Positions 49,731 through 57,540 of a stretch of DNA of 64,000 nt are shown here, piece after piece. The number at the start of each line of letters is the position of its first letter. The stretch's first letter is position 1. The position numbers were made by a program, and so were the translations under genes. The notes below the pieces were generated by a model. That model saw only the letters and a list, made by a program, of their open reading frames with translations, was not told where the DNA came from and searched no databases. The stretch is from Bacteroidota bacterium (GTDB lineage Bacteria; Bacteroidota; Bacteroidia; UKL13-3), in NCBI GenBank assembly GCA_027487835.1, contig JAIYCU010000025.1, forward strand, positions 21,890 to 85,889. The letters run 5' to 3'.

Positions 49731-52703
49731 ATGAAACCGCTAAGCCTATCCCTATTTTTGCTTTTACTTCAAATTGGCCTTAGTGCTCAAAATCCTATTA
49801 GCTATCCCAACCAAGGAACCTTATTGGCAGCATCAACAAACCAGCAGCATCATTATTTTTTATTTAGGTCTTCGCAGTCTTCTATTGTAGTAATTGATGA
49901 AAACACCAAGAAGGATTCGGTTATTCTTTTAGATAAATCATGGATAAGCGAGGCAGTTGCCTTGCCAACAGGATTTTTGTTTTATGCTGACGATGATGTG
50001 CTTCAAAAAAATGAATTATGGTATTTTGATTTTAAAGATGGACTTATTAATACAGGGCTGGTTCATGGAGGCTCTAGCCTTATTAGGCCATTTTTTAGAA
50101 ACAACCAGTTGATTATTCTTGCCTTTGATAAAACTTGGAATGTGTATCAATTTGATGCAAAGCAAAAGCAAGCTATATGGCAATTCAGCACCTCGCAAAT
50201 CATTCAAGATGTTTTTGTGATTAGCAATATCCCAGTGGTTCAGATTAGCATTGCAAACCAAAGTAAGTTTGAATATTGGTTGTGTCAACAAGATTCCTCT
50301 AAAAAAATATTTGAAGGTAAGTTTCCTGCATCCTTTCAACAGCCTTCCTTATTTGCAGTTGATTCCGATGCAGCTTATATTTCGCTACCTCGTAAAACCA
50401 ATGCAGAGGTATTTACTACTGTTTATAAATTACATATTAACGGAGCCGATTCTTTTGGACGAACCAGCATAAGGACACAGCGTTCTTTATGGGATGTAAA
50501 TAAGTTTAGGGAACCTTATCCTATCGCCAACAATGGTATTGTAAGATTTGTGCCTGAAGCCTATTCTAATGATAGTTTACCCTTGGTTCAACTACAAATT
50601 AGCAACTTAACTTGGCGCAGTATTTTGCCTAAAAGTGCCACAGCGTTTAAAGGAAATAGGCCTTGGGATTTAGACGAATTAGGCAATAACAGGTGGATGA
50701 TTAAAAGCAAAGTATGCGGTATTGAGTTAGCCGTACTTAAAGAAGACACTATGTTTGAGGTGGCAGATTATTGGAAAGGTCCTTCGGATGGGATTCAGCT
50801 TTATTTTGGTGCCTTCATGGGTTCGGCTTTTTACGGCGATTCTTTGTTTTTTTTAAGCAGCAATGGCAAAGATGGCAAATGGTATTTAAGCTATCAAAAA
50901 GGGGATGAGCAAAAAATTCATCAGCTGATGCCTATCCCTTCTGATTATAGTCTTGATAGAAGAAGGATTAATTTTTTATATCCTACCCCAAATGGATGTT
51001 TTGTAAGTTATGAGCTAACCGGCAACACTCCAGCAGCCTTGGTTTACTATGCTTTTTTAGCCTCGCCTTTGGTTCAAACCGAGCAAAACAATGCCAAGGA
51101 GGGCGAATGGATGAGGCAATTTTCGGAGGTTTCTGTTAGCAACAATTCATCAAATAGGGTATTGGTAAGTTGTTTATTGGTGAACCAAAATAGTGAGTCT
51201 TACATTAGCTTGGAGAAAGGAGTTTACGACCCAATGATGGATGCAGATACCAAAGAACCTTTGCAAGGCTTAGGCTCTCAGCACATCATCAAGTTAGATA
51301 AAAATGGCAATAGACTTTGGGATTTTACCTATGGTTTCCCAGCAAGGTCTGGCAATACAAGAATGGGGCTTCAACCCAATGGAGATGTGGTGATAGCTGG
51401 TTGCGCATGGCATTATGCTGTCATTGGCAATGACTCTAATGACAATAATAATGTTAACTACCTCTTAGCCTTAGATGCTAATACAGGGCAACCTAAATGG
51501 TCTGAATGGTTTATGCCCAAGCCTAAAAACTCCGCCCCCGAAGAAATAGAAGCCTTAACCTGCGACAATAAAGGGAATATTTATATGGTTGTAAAGGTTA
51601 CAGGGACACAGTTTTCTTATGATAATATCAACCTAGTTTTGAGCAAACCAGATGCCCATGTGCTGATTAAGTTAAATGAATTTGGATCCTCTATTTGGGC
51701 CCACGAAATTAAACAAGATTGGGTAGGCGTTTGGACAGGCACTGTGGTGAAGATTTTAGTGGATGAAACCCAAGAGCAGGTTATTACCTTAAATACCCAG
51801 TCGGCTTACTACAATACAGGTAGTACATGCGATTATACAGATTGGTATGTTACTTATTCGGCAGTGGATGCTAAGAGCGGAAAGCTTAGATGGAAAAGAG
51901 AACTCACCTTTTCTGATTTAGGTGGCATGCTCACCCTCGAAAAATCAGCTAATAATTTTATTCTTAGCACAGGGTATTTTAGAGGTTTTTCAGAAATAGA
52001 CCAAGATAAAGTAGAAACTCCAAGAGACGAAGATTGTCATCAAACGCGTGCATTTAGGCTGGTGTTAAATCCTTTAAATGGAGAGGTGCTTTATAAAACC
52101 TTGTTTTCTTTCCCCAATTATTTGCCAGTTAGAACTGCCACAGACAAAGAGGTGGTTTGGGAAGTAGGCTTAAATAAAGTAACTAGTTCCGACAGAAATT
52201 ATCACGTTTCTCTGCTTGCCAATGATTTGCATGGTAGGCCTTTTGAACCCTTAAAGATTGAAAAAGCTACGGGTCCTGGCGACTTTGGATATAACGGTCG
52301 TATAGCCATTCAAGATGGGTATGTTTGGATAAGCGACCTTACCTCTAAACAGTTTGGTCCATTTTATAGCAACATCACGCAAGCCAATTCGGTAAGCATT
52401 GTAAGGCTTAAATTGCCAGAGGTGGCCTCCCTCTCCAATAATTACAATGCAGAAGCACTGGAAGAAAAACTATTCTTAGGGCCTAATCCTTTTACCCATC
52501 AATTGCAGTTAAGTTATCCAGAAAAAGGGTACTACAGAAACTTTGAAGTATATGATTTATCAGGGAAATTAATCTTAGAACAGCCTTTGTTGGCGGATGT
52601 AGACATTGAAAAAATAGACATGAGCGCCTTACCAAAGGGATTGTTTATCTTTAAGTTTATTGGGAAAGATAGGGTGCTGGTTAAAAAATTGATCAAGGAG
52701 TAA
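49731..52703 (+). CDS. Secreted protein of unknown function (probable beta-propellers) with T9SS type A CTD
   Basis: Start moved to ATG 49731 (MKPLSLSLFLLLLQIGLSAQ); IIKLDKNGNRLW/LIKLNEFGSSIW repeats; LGPNPFT...YDLSGKL...KGLFIFK...KKLIKE tail. Confidence 0.8.
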   Translation: MKPLSLSLFLLLLQIGLSAQNPISYPNQGTLLAASTNQQHHYFLFRSSQSSIVVIDENTKKDSVILLDKSWISEAVALPTGFLFYADDDVLQKNELWYFDFKDGLINTGLVHGGSSLIRPFFRNNQLIILAFDKTWNVYQFDAKQKQAIWQFSTSQIIQDVFVISNIPVVQISIANQSKFEYWLCQQDSSKKIFEGKFPASFQQPSLFAVDSDAAYISLPRKTNAEVFTTVYKLHINGADSFGRTSIRTQRSLWDVNKFREPYPIANNGIVRFVPEAYSNDSLPLVQLQISNLTWRSILPKSATAFKGNRPWDLDELGNNRWMIKSKVCGIELAVLKEDTMFEVADYWKGPSDGIQLYFGAFMGSAFYGDSLFFLSSNGKDGKWYLSYQKGDEQKIHQLMPIPSDYSLDRRRINFLYPTPNGCFVSYELTGNTPAALVYYAFLASPLVQTEQNNAKEGEWMRQFSEVSVSNNSSNRVLVSCLLVNQNSESYISLEKGVYDPMMDADTKEPLQGLGSQHIIKLDKNGNRLWDFTYGFPARSGNTRMGLQPNGDVVIAGCAWHYAVIGNDSNDNNNVNYLLALDANTGQPKWSEWFMPKPKNSAPEEIEALTCDNKGNIYMVVKVTGTQFSYDNINLVLSKPDAHVLIKLNEFGSSIWAHEIKQDWVGVWTGTVVKILVDETQEQVITLNTQSAYYNTGSTCDYTDWYVTYSAVDAKSGKLRWKRELTFSDLGGMLTLEKSANNFILSTGYFRGFSEIDQDKVETPRDEDCHQTRAFRLVLNPLNGEVLYKTLFSFPNYLPVRTATDKEVVWEVGLNKVTSSDRNYHVSLLANDLHGRPFEPLKIEKATGPGDFGYNGRIAIQDGYVWISDLTSKQFGPFYSNITQANSVSIVRLKLPEVASLSNNYNAEALEEKLFLGPNPFTHQLQLSYPEKGYYRNFEVYDLSGKLILEQPLLADVDIEKIDMSALPKGLFIFKFIGKDRVLVKKLIKE
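51069..51082 (+). repeat. Dispersed motif copy TTGGTTCAAACCGA
   Basis: In an interdomain linker, read as LVQTE. Confidence 0.85.
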
Positions 52704-52752
52704 TTGAGTCACTTCCATTAAGATTCAAAGCCCTTAATGCCTCCGAACATGT

Positions 52753-52768
52753 GTTATGCGAGGATTAA
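52753..52768 (-). repeat. Inverse core (R''-like) end of the toxin-antitoxin cassette; the rest of this attC appears truncated
   Basis: The + strand GTTATGCGAGGATTAA matches the cassette start GTTAGGCGAGAATTAA (minus strand, 53394->53379) at 14/16 positions. Confidence 0.6.
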
Positions 52769-52780
52769 GATATTCAGAAA

Positions 52781-53077
52781 TTAATAAGGTTTTATTTGGT
52801 CATTTCGATTTGCATCCCAAATGGATAATACTATTATTTCATAAGGGTTGAAGTCATAAAATATTAAATAGTCTCGAACAATTTTCACTCTAGTACTTCC
52901 TTCATCAGTTTTCCTTCCAGACTCAGGATATTGGGAGGCTATTTTTATGGCTTCTTTTATCATTTTGTTTAATCGAAGACTATAAGTCTTTGATGAATTT
53001 CTTTCTATCCAATATGATAGAATTTCTAAACGGTCATGATTTGCAGACTTTGTCCAAACTATTTTTCGCCGAGCCAT
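52781..53077 (-). CDS. Type II toxin, RelE/ParE family
   Basis: IVWTKSANHDRLEILSYW...YPESGRKT...RDYLIFY...IVLSIWD, a typical ParE-like pattern, 98 aa. Confidence 0.88.
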   Translation of the reverse strand: MARRKIVWTKSANHDRLEILSYWIERNSSKTYSLRLNKMIKEAIKIASQYPESGRKTDEGSTRVKIVRDYLIFYDFNPYEIIVLSIWDANRNDQIKPY

Positions 53078-53295
53078 TTATCTATTTCTCCATCCGCTGC
53101 TTTCTCATCTAAAATTTCTGAATTCAAATACTCTAATTTAGCCTTTCTGATATGAGACTTCTGTTTGTCGTTCAATTCAAATACTTTTTCTTCCAACTCA
53201 AAATCTAATAGCATTTTTATTTCCTCAATAATACCTGCATCATTGATATCATTGATTTTACTTATTAATTCTGCTTTTAATTCTAGTGCTTTCAT
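53059..53295 (-). CDS. Putative antitoxin (acidic, 78 aa)
   Basis: Small acidic ORF directly upstream of, and overlapping by 19 nt, the RelE/ParE toxin. Confidence 0.75.
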   Translation of the reverse strand: MKALELKAELISKINDINDAGIIEEIKMLLDFELEEKVFELNDKQKSHIRKAKLEYLNSEILDEKAADGEIDKWLGEK

Positions 53296-53311
53296 TGCTT
53301 TCTTATTAATC

Positions 53312-53319
53312 CAAATTTA
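53312..53319 (-). promoter_or_regulatory. -7 element TAAATTTG, the TA module's own promoter
   Basis: TAnnTTTG 16 nt upstream of the antitoxin ATG, inside the cassette. Confidence 0.55.
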
Positions 53320-53387
53320 AAGTATTTTCAGAACTATATAAAAATTATTTATGGAGTTTCAACCTTAAGTAAATTCATTTAATTCTC

Positions 53388-53528
53388 GCCTAACGTTTTT
53401 GGGCTTGGCGAAGGTGGGGTTTAGAAAGTACCAAAGTTCAAATTTAGCACAAAAGCTAATAGAAAGTAGAAATGTCCAGCCTAGTACTAAAGCCCCACTT
53501 TTGCCAAGCCCGTGTTAGCAGCAGCAAT
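53388..53528 (-). mobile_element. attC-like recombination site (integron cassette junction)
   Basis: In gene direction: TGCTAAC (inverse core, 53520->53514) ... GTTAGGC (core GTTRRRY, 53394->53388). Arms GGGCTTGGCGAAGGTGGGGTTTAG (53401-53424) and CTAAAGCCCCACTTTTGCCAAGCCC (53487-53511) pair with two G-T wobbles on the bottom strand and one bulged G (53492). Confidence 0.75.
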
Positions 53529-54401
53529 TCTTTCAGCATCCAACACTTGTATGTCCTCCTATTGGTTTTACTACTTCTCCATTGTTCGCAGGTCTTGACA
53601 AATAAATTGTCGGACTTGTTGCGTTGTAATGTCGTGAAGTATCAATTATTAAATCTAAAATTCCGTCCCCGTCAATGTCGCCTGCAAATATTAGGTTTAT
53701 CATTTGGTCGTCAAAATTTGGTTGGGCAACAAGAAGGCTTGTGTGCTGTTGTCCTTTGATTGTCGCTGTTAAATAAAGTTTGTAATTCCAAACGTCAAAC
53801 CACTCTGGGTCGTCTTCCACTTTCTTTTTACCTCCTGTCGCATATATTTTGTAGTCAATACCTAAATAGTTAATTCGCAAAGTGTCGCCAGGAAAGATTT
53901 GTTCTTTTGATAGAATGGCTTGTTGAACATTATGAGGTGTCAAAAATTTTGAAGCCTCAATTAAAATAATTGAAGTGTCTTTGTTTATGGTTTGAACTTC
54001 CCAACCAGTATTTTCATTTTCATTCTCGTCCACAATTTGGTCATTAACTCTTTTTGTTTTCAGTTTAGTTTCTGCAAGGTAAAAACCTGTCTTGCCTTGA
54101 AAAAGTCCGAACCATTTTTCTTTATCTGCATTTTCCCAAACTTCATCACCGTGAAATGTTCCTACTGTCAATACTTTGATTGAGAAAGTGCTGTCAATAG
54201 GAAAAGAAGAATAGTCGTAGGTGATGGTGTCGTTGTCTGAAGTGTTAGTAACTGCAACGGCATTTGTCAAAGTGTCAACAGTTGAAGTTTTATTTGCAGG
54301 ATTATTCTGTTGGCTTGAATTGTTACAAGCTGTCAGTCCCAAAACTGCAAAGGTCAATGCTAATATTTTCTGTTTAACTGTCGTCATATTGTTGCTGCTA
54401 A
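53394..54401 (-). mobile_element. Integron-like gene cassette (~1.0 kb) carrying one lipoprotein gene
   Basis: Begins G|TTAGCAGCAACAAT-ATG (54402->54385) and ends in the attC whose inverse core reads GTTAGCAGCAGCAAT on + (53514-53528), a 14/15 match. Confidence 0.72.
53533..54387 (-). CDS. Hypothetical lipoprotein (cassette-borne)
   Basis: Lipobox LGLTAC; S/T/N-rich linker; DxDxDG-type motif GDIDGDGILD; ends SVGC. Confidence 0.85.
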   Translation of the reverse strand: MTTVKQKILALTFAVLGLTACNNSSQQNNPANKTSTVDTLTNAVAVTNTSDNDTITYDYSSFPIDSTFSIKVLTVGTFHGDEVWENADKEKWFGLFQGKTGFYLAETKLKTKRVNDQIVDENENENTGWEVQTINKDTSIILIEASKFLTPHNVQQAILSKEQIFPGDTLRINYLGIDYKIYATGGKKKVEDDPEWFDVWNYKLYLTATIKGQQHTSLLVAQPNFDDQMINLIFAGDIDGDGILDLIIDTSRHYNATSPTIYLSRPANNGEVVKPIGGHTSVGC

Positions 54402-54525
54402 CTCATTTATACCCGCATAAAACACTCCCATAGCAAGCCAAATTGGTTCGCTTTGCGCTTAAATTATGCGGATTATTTTTTTTGAGATTAGAAAGGTTTC
54501 TAATTTTCATAAGTTATTGGTTGAG

Positions 54526-54556
54526 CAAAATTATTCGTTTTTGGGTAAAATTACAA
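54526..54556 (-). promoter_or_regulatory. Candidate cassette-driving promoter (TTG-N20-TAATTTTG)
   Basis: Minus-strand TTG at 54556-54554 and TAATTTTG at 54533-54526, pointing into the promoterless cassette. Confidence 0.45.
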
Positions 54557-54585
54557 GCATTTGCAGTACCTCTCCCGGCTAAACT

Positions 54586-54613
54586 ATGGACCATCGTCTA
54601 TCGACCATGGACA
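54586..54613 (+). repeat. Degenerate heptamer tandem repeat, 4 units
   Basis: ATGGACC ATCGTCT ATCGACC ATGGACA. Confidence 0.55.
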
Positions 54614-54701
54614 TATCTTCAAGGACTAAGTTCAAACTATTTACAACAATACCCACACAAAACGTTAATAAAATGCCGCGCAATTGTAACAAACAAGTGC
54701 C

Positions 54702-54709
54702 TATTTTTG
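54702..54709 (+). promoter_or_regulatory. -7 element TATTTTTG upstream of the exonuclease gene
   Basis: TAnnTTTG 7 nt before the TTG start. Confidence 0.5.
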
Positions 54710-54716
54710 AAGCAAT

Positions 54717-56108
54717 TTGTACGCCATAGTCGACATAGAAACCACCGGAGGGCAACCCAATCAGAATAGAATTACTGAACTTTCTATCTATGTGCATGAT
54801 GGCACCCAAGTGATTGAACACTTTGAAACTTTGGTTAATCCAGAGATTCCAATTCCACCCTATATTCAGGCCTTTACAGGTATTACCAATGATATGGTGG
54901 CAAGCGCTCCCACTTTTGCAGCCATTGCCGAAAAAATTTATGAGATTCTTCAAGGTAATATTTTCATTGCCCACAATGTAAATTTCGACCATAGTTTTAT
55001 CAAAAATCAATTGTCGGAAGCTGGGTTCGACCTAAACGTAAAAAAACTTTGCACGGTTAGACTAAGCAGAAAAATTGTTCCGGGCCATCGCTCTTATAGT
55101 CTTGGAAATATATGCGCTGCCCTAGGGATTCGTTTGCACAACAGGCACCGCGCAGGTGGAGATGCCTTAGCTACGGTTAAGTTATTTGAGCATTTGTTGG
55201 CCAATGATACGGAACATCATATTGAAGATTCTTTAAAACGAGGGTCGAAAGAGCAACAACTGCCTGCAAATGTGAGCAAGGCTGATTTTGAAAAATTACC
55301 CAAAATGCCAGGTGTTTATTACTTTGTGAATGAAAATGGATTGGCCATTTATGTAGGTAAAGCCAAAAACATTAAAAGCAGGGTGTCAAGCCATTTTAGC
55401 GGGAATTTAAAGTCGAAGCAAAAGCAAAACTTCATGCGCGATATTCATGGCTTTAGTTTTACTGCTACAGGCAATGAACTATTAGCCATCTTGCTTGAGA
55501 GCCATGAAATTAGAAGACTTTGGCCCAATGAAAATCGCGCTCAAAAAAGAATTAGTCAGGTATATGGGCTCTATGATTATATCGATCAAAACAATAAGAT
55601 AAGATTTGGCGTAGATAAAGTAAGAAAGGAGTTAAAACCCTTGCTCACGTTTGGTTCACATGCTGCGGCTTTACAATACCTCAATCAAATGATTGATGCC
55701 TATGGATTATGTCCAAAACTTTGTAATAGCCAAACCAATCCAGGCACTTGTATCTCTGTTAAAAATGAAATTTGTGATGGTTATTGTTTAGTCCAAGAAA
55801 ATGTTGCTGCCTATAATGCAAAGGCACAGGCCTTTTTTAATCAGTTAACTTTAGAAAAGAAAACTTACTATATTGTAAGCAAAGGTCGCAATTATAAAGA
55901 GCAATCAGTTGTGATATATGAGCCCGGTAATTTTGTAGGGTATACCTTTGTCTCTATTCGTGAGCAAATAGATTTTGACCATGTAAAAGATAGCTGTGAA
56001 GCCTTAAAAATAAACAGCCTAATGGAATCTGTCTTGAGTCAGATAGTAAGTGGCGAGAAAAGTAAAGGATACAAGGTCTACACGCAAATGCGCATGGCTA
56101 TGGATTAA
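54717..56108 (+). CDS. DEDDh 3'-5' exonuclease (DNA pol III epsilon-like) fused to a GIY-YIG (UvrC-like) nuclease
   Basis: TTG start; IVDIETTG, AHNVNFD, HRAGGDA; PGVYYF...IYVGKAKNIKSRVSSHF. Confidence 0.92.
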   Translation: MYAIVDIETTGGQPNQNRITELSIYVHDGTQVIEHFETLVNPEIPIPPYIQAFTGITNDMVASAPTFAAIAEKIYEILQGNIFIAHNVNFDHSFIKNQLSEAGFDLNVKKLCTVRLSRKIVPGHRSYSLGNICAALGIRLHNRHRAGGDALATVKLFEHLLANDTEHHIEDSLKRGSKEQQLPANVSKADFEKLPKMPGVYYFVNENGLAIYVGKAKNIKSRVSSHFSGNLKSKQKQNFMRDIHGFSFTATGNELLAILLESHEIRRLWPNENRAQKRISQVYGLYDYIDQNNKIRFGVDKVRKELKPLLTFGSHAAALQYLNQMIDAYGLCPKLCNSQTNPGTCISVKNEICDGYCLVQENVAAYNAKAQAFFNQLTLEKKTYYIVSKGRNYKEQSVVIYEPGNFVGYTFVSIREQIDFDHVKDSCEALKINSLMESVLSQIVSGEKSKGYKVYTQMRMAMD

Positions 56109-57418
56109 ACTTTGTTTGGTTCAAACAGAAAATTCTTACATTCCATTATCATTTCTTCATCAATTTTTCCAAGCTCTGCGGTGGAAATTTCGTTTACCAA
56201 ACCTGGATCATACGCTGTTTTTACCTTTATGTAATTACTTGTAAAACCATACATGGTATTGCCATCGCTTTCAGCTTCCCATAAAACTGGGTAAGATTTG
56301 CCAATATGTTCTTCATAAAAGGCCCTGCGTTTTTTATCAGATAAAATATGAAGCATTTTACTTCTATCAGCACGCACCTGCATAGGCACTTTACCTGGCA
56401 ATTTGAAGGCGGTTGTATTTTCTCTTTCGCTGTAGGTAAACACATGCAAATAAGAAATTGGGAGTTCGTTTAGGTATTGGTAAGTCTCTAAAAACAACTC
56501 CTCTGTTTCTCCTGGAAATCCCACAATTACATCAACTCCAATGCAACAATGTGGCATGAGTTTCTTAATTTTTTCTACCCTTGAAGTATATAAAGCAGTA
56601 AGGTATTTCCTGCGCATACTTTTTAACAAGGTATCTGAGCCCGATTGCAATGGAATATGAAAATGAGGCACAATTTTTTTGGATTGCGCCACCCAATCAA
56701 TTATTTCATCACTTAATAAATTAGGTTCAATGCTGCTAATGCGTATGCGTTCTAAACCTTCAATTTGGTCTAAGGCTTGTAAAAGTTGGTAAAAGTTTTG
56801 GTTCGACCCAATGCCAAATTCACCGGTATTTACGCCTGTTAATACAATTTCTTTGGTGCCTTGGGCTACAATTTCATGGGCTTGCTTTACCACATTTTCA
56901 ATGGTATCACTTCTGCTTTTACCTCTTGCCAAAGGAATGGTACAAAAAGAACAGAAATAATCGCAACCATCTTGCACTTTAAGAAAGGTTCGGGTTCTAT
57001 CGCCAATAGAGTAGGAGGCATGATACTCCAATACTTCTTTGATTTTTCCGTCTTTTACTTCTGCTATTTCTTTTTTCTGGCCTGACCCAATATGCTGATG
57101 TAAATTAAATTTTTCTGCAGCACCTAACACCAAATCTACCCCTTCAATCTGGGCAATTTCTTGCGGTTTAAGTTGCGCATAGCAGCCAATTATCGTGATA
57201 AAAGCATTTGGGTTATGCCTGAGTGCTTCTTTTACGATGCGTTTGCATTTCTTATCGGCATTGTCTGTAACAGAGCAAGTATTAATAACATATACATCTG
57301 CACCTTCATGAAATTGCACTTTGGCGTAACCTTCGGCCAGTAACGACCTGCCAATGGTGGAAGTTTCGGAGAAGTTAAGTTTACAACCTAAGGTATAGAA
57401 AGCAACTGATTTAGACAT
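56105..57418 (-). CDS. mtaB: tRNA t6A37 methylthiotransferase MtaB
   Basis: TLGCKLNFSE, INTCSVT, radical SAM CDYFCSFC, TRAM tail. Start moved to MSKSVAF at 57418. Confidence 0.92.
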   Translation of the reverse strand: MSKSVAFYTLGCKLNFSETSTIGRSLLAEGYAKVQFHEGADVYVINTCSVTDNADKKCKRIVKEALRHNPNAFITIIGCYAQLKPQEIAQIEGVDLVLGAAEKFNLHQHIGSGQKKEIAEVKDGKIKEVLEYHASYSIGDRTRTFLKVQDGCDYFCSFCTIPLARGKSRSDTIENVVKQAHEIVAQGTKEIVLTGVNTGEFGIGSNQNFYQLLQALDQIEGLERIRISSIEPNLLSDEIIDWVAQSKKIVPHFHIPLQSGSDTLLKSMRRKYLTALYTSRVEKIKKLMPHCCIGVDVIVGFPGETEELFLETYQYLNELPISYLHVFTYSERENTTAFKLPGKVPMQVRADRSKMLHILSDKKRRAFYEEHIGKSYPVLWEAESDGNTMYGFTSNYIKVKTAYDPGLVNEISTAELGKIDEEMIMECKNFLFEPNKV

Positions 57419-57428
57419 AATTGGGGCG

Positions 57429-57436
57429 CAAAAGTA
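57429..57436 (-). promoter_or_regulatory. -7 element TACTTTTG(CGC) upstream of mtaB
   Basis: TAnnTTTG 10 nt before the corrected ATG. Confidence 0.65.
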
Positions 57437-57540
57437 ACCATATATACGGAAAGCAACAAGTATAGAAATTTGTAACATTAAGGATTATTTAAGCTACTAA
57501 TACATTGGAATTTATGTCTAAGTTGTATATTTCCACTTGA

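Noticed and set aside
1292-51082. GGTTCAAACC as tRNA T-arm remnants or tRNA genes
   Set aside because: It resembles GGTTCRANYCC, but the base after C61 is G rather than the C needed to pair with G52, no acceptor, D or anticodon arms flank any copy, and all copies sit inside CDS.
1292-51082. Dispersed motif as a CRISPR array or a conserved peptide
   Set aside because: Spacing is irregular at kilobase scale with no spacers, and the motif is read in at least four frames and on both strands.
53472-53759. 95-aa + strand ORF, and the ORFs at 54443..54769 and 54579..55010
   Set aside because: These translate the attC arm, the antisense of real genes or intergenic DNA, and have no protein-like motifs.
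54717-56108. Divergent gene as the integron integrase
   Set aside because: It has DEDDh and GIY-YIG motifs and lacks the tyrosine recombinase R-H-R-Y signature.
17186-56108. 4-bp convergent stop-codon overlaps (17186-17189, 43333-43336, 56105-56108)
   Set aside because: These are common in compact genomes, with no further evidence of antisense regulation.
57419-57478. N-terminal extensions in the ORF track for mtaB (also fabG, the VWA gene, porP2 and 49677)
   Set aside because: The mtaB extension (YGYFCAP) is the translated TAnnTTTGC promoter; in the other genes downstream ATGs give proper family N-termini or signal peptides.
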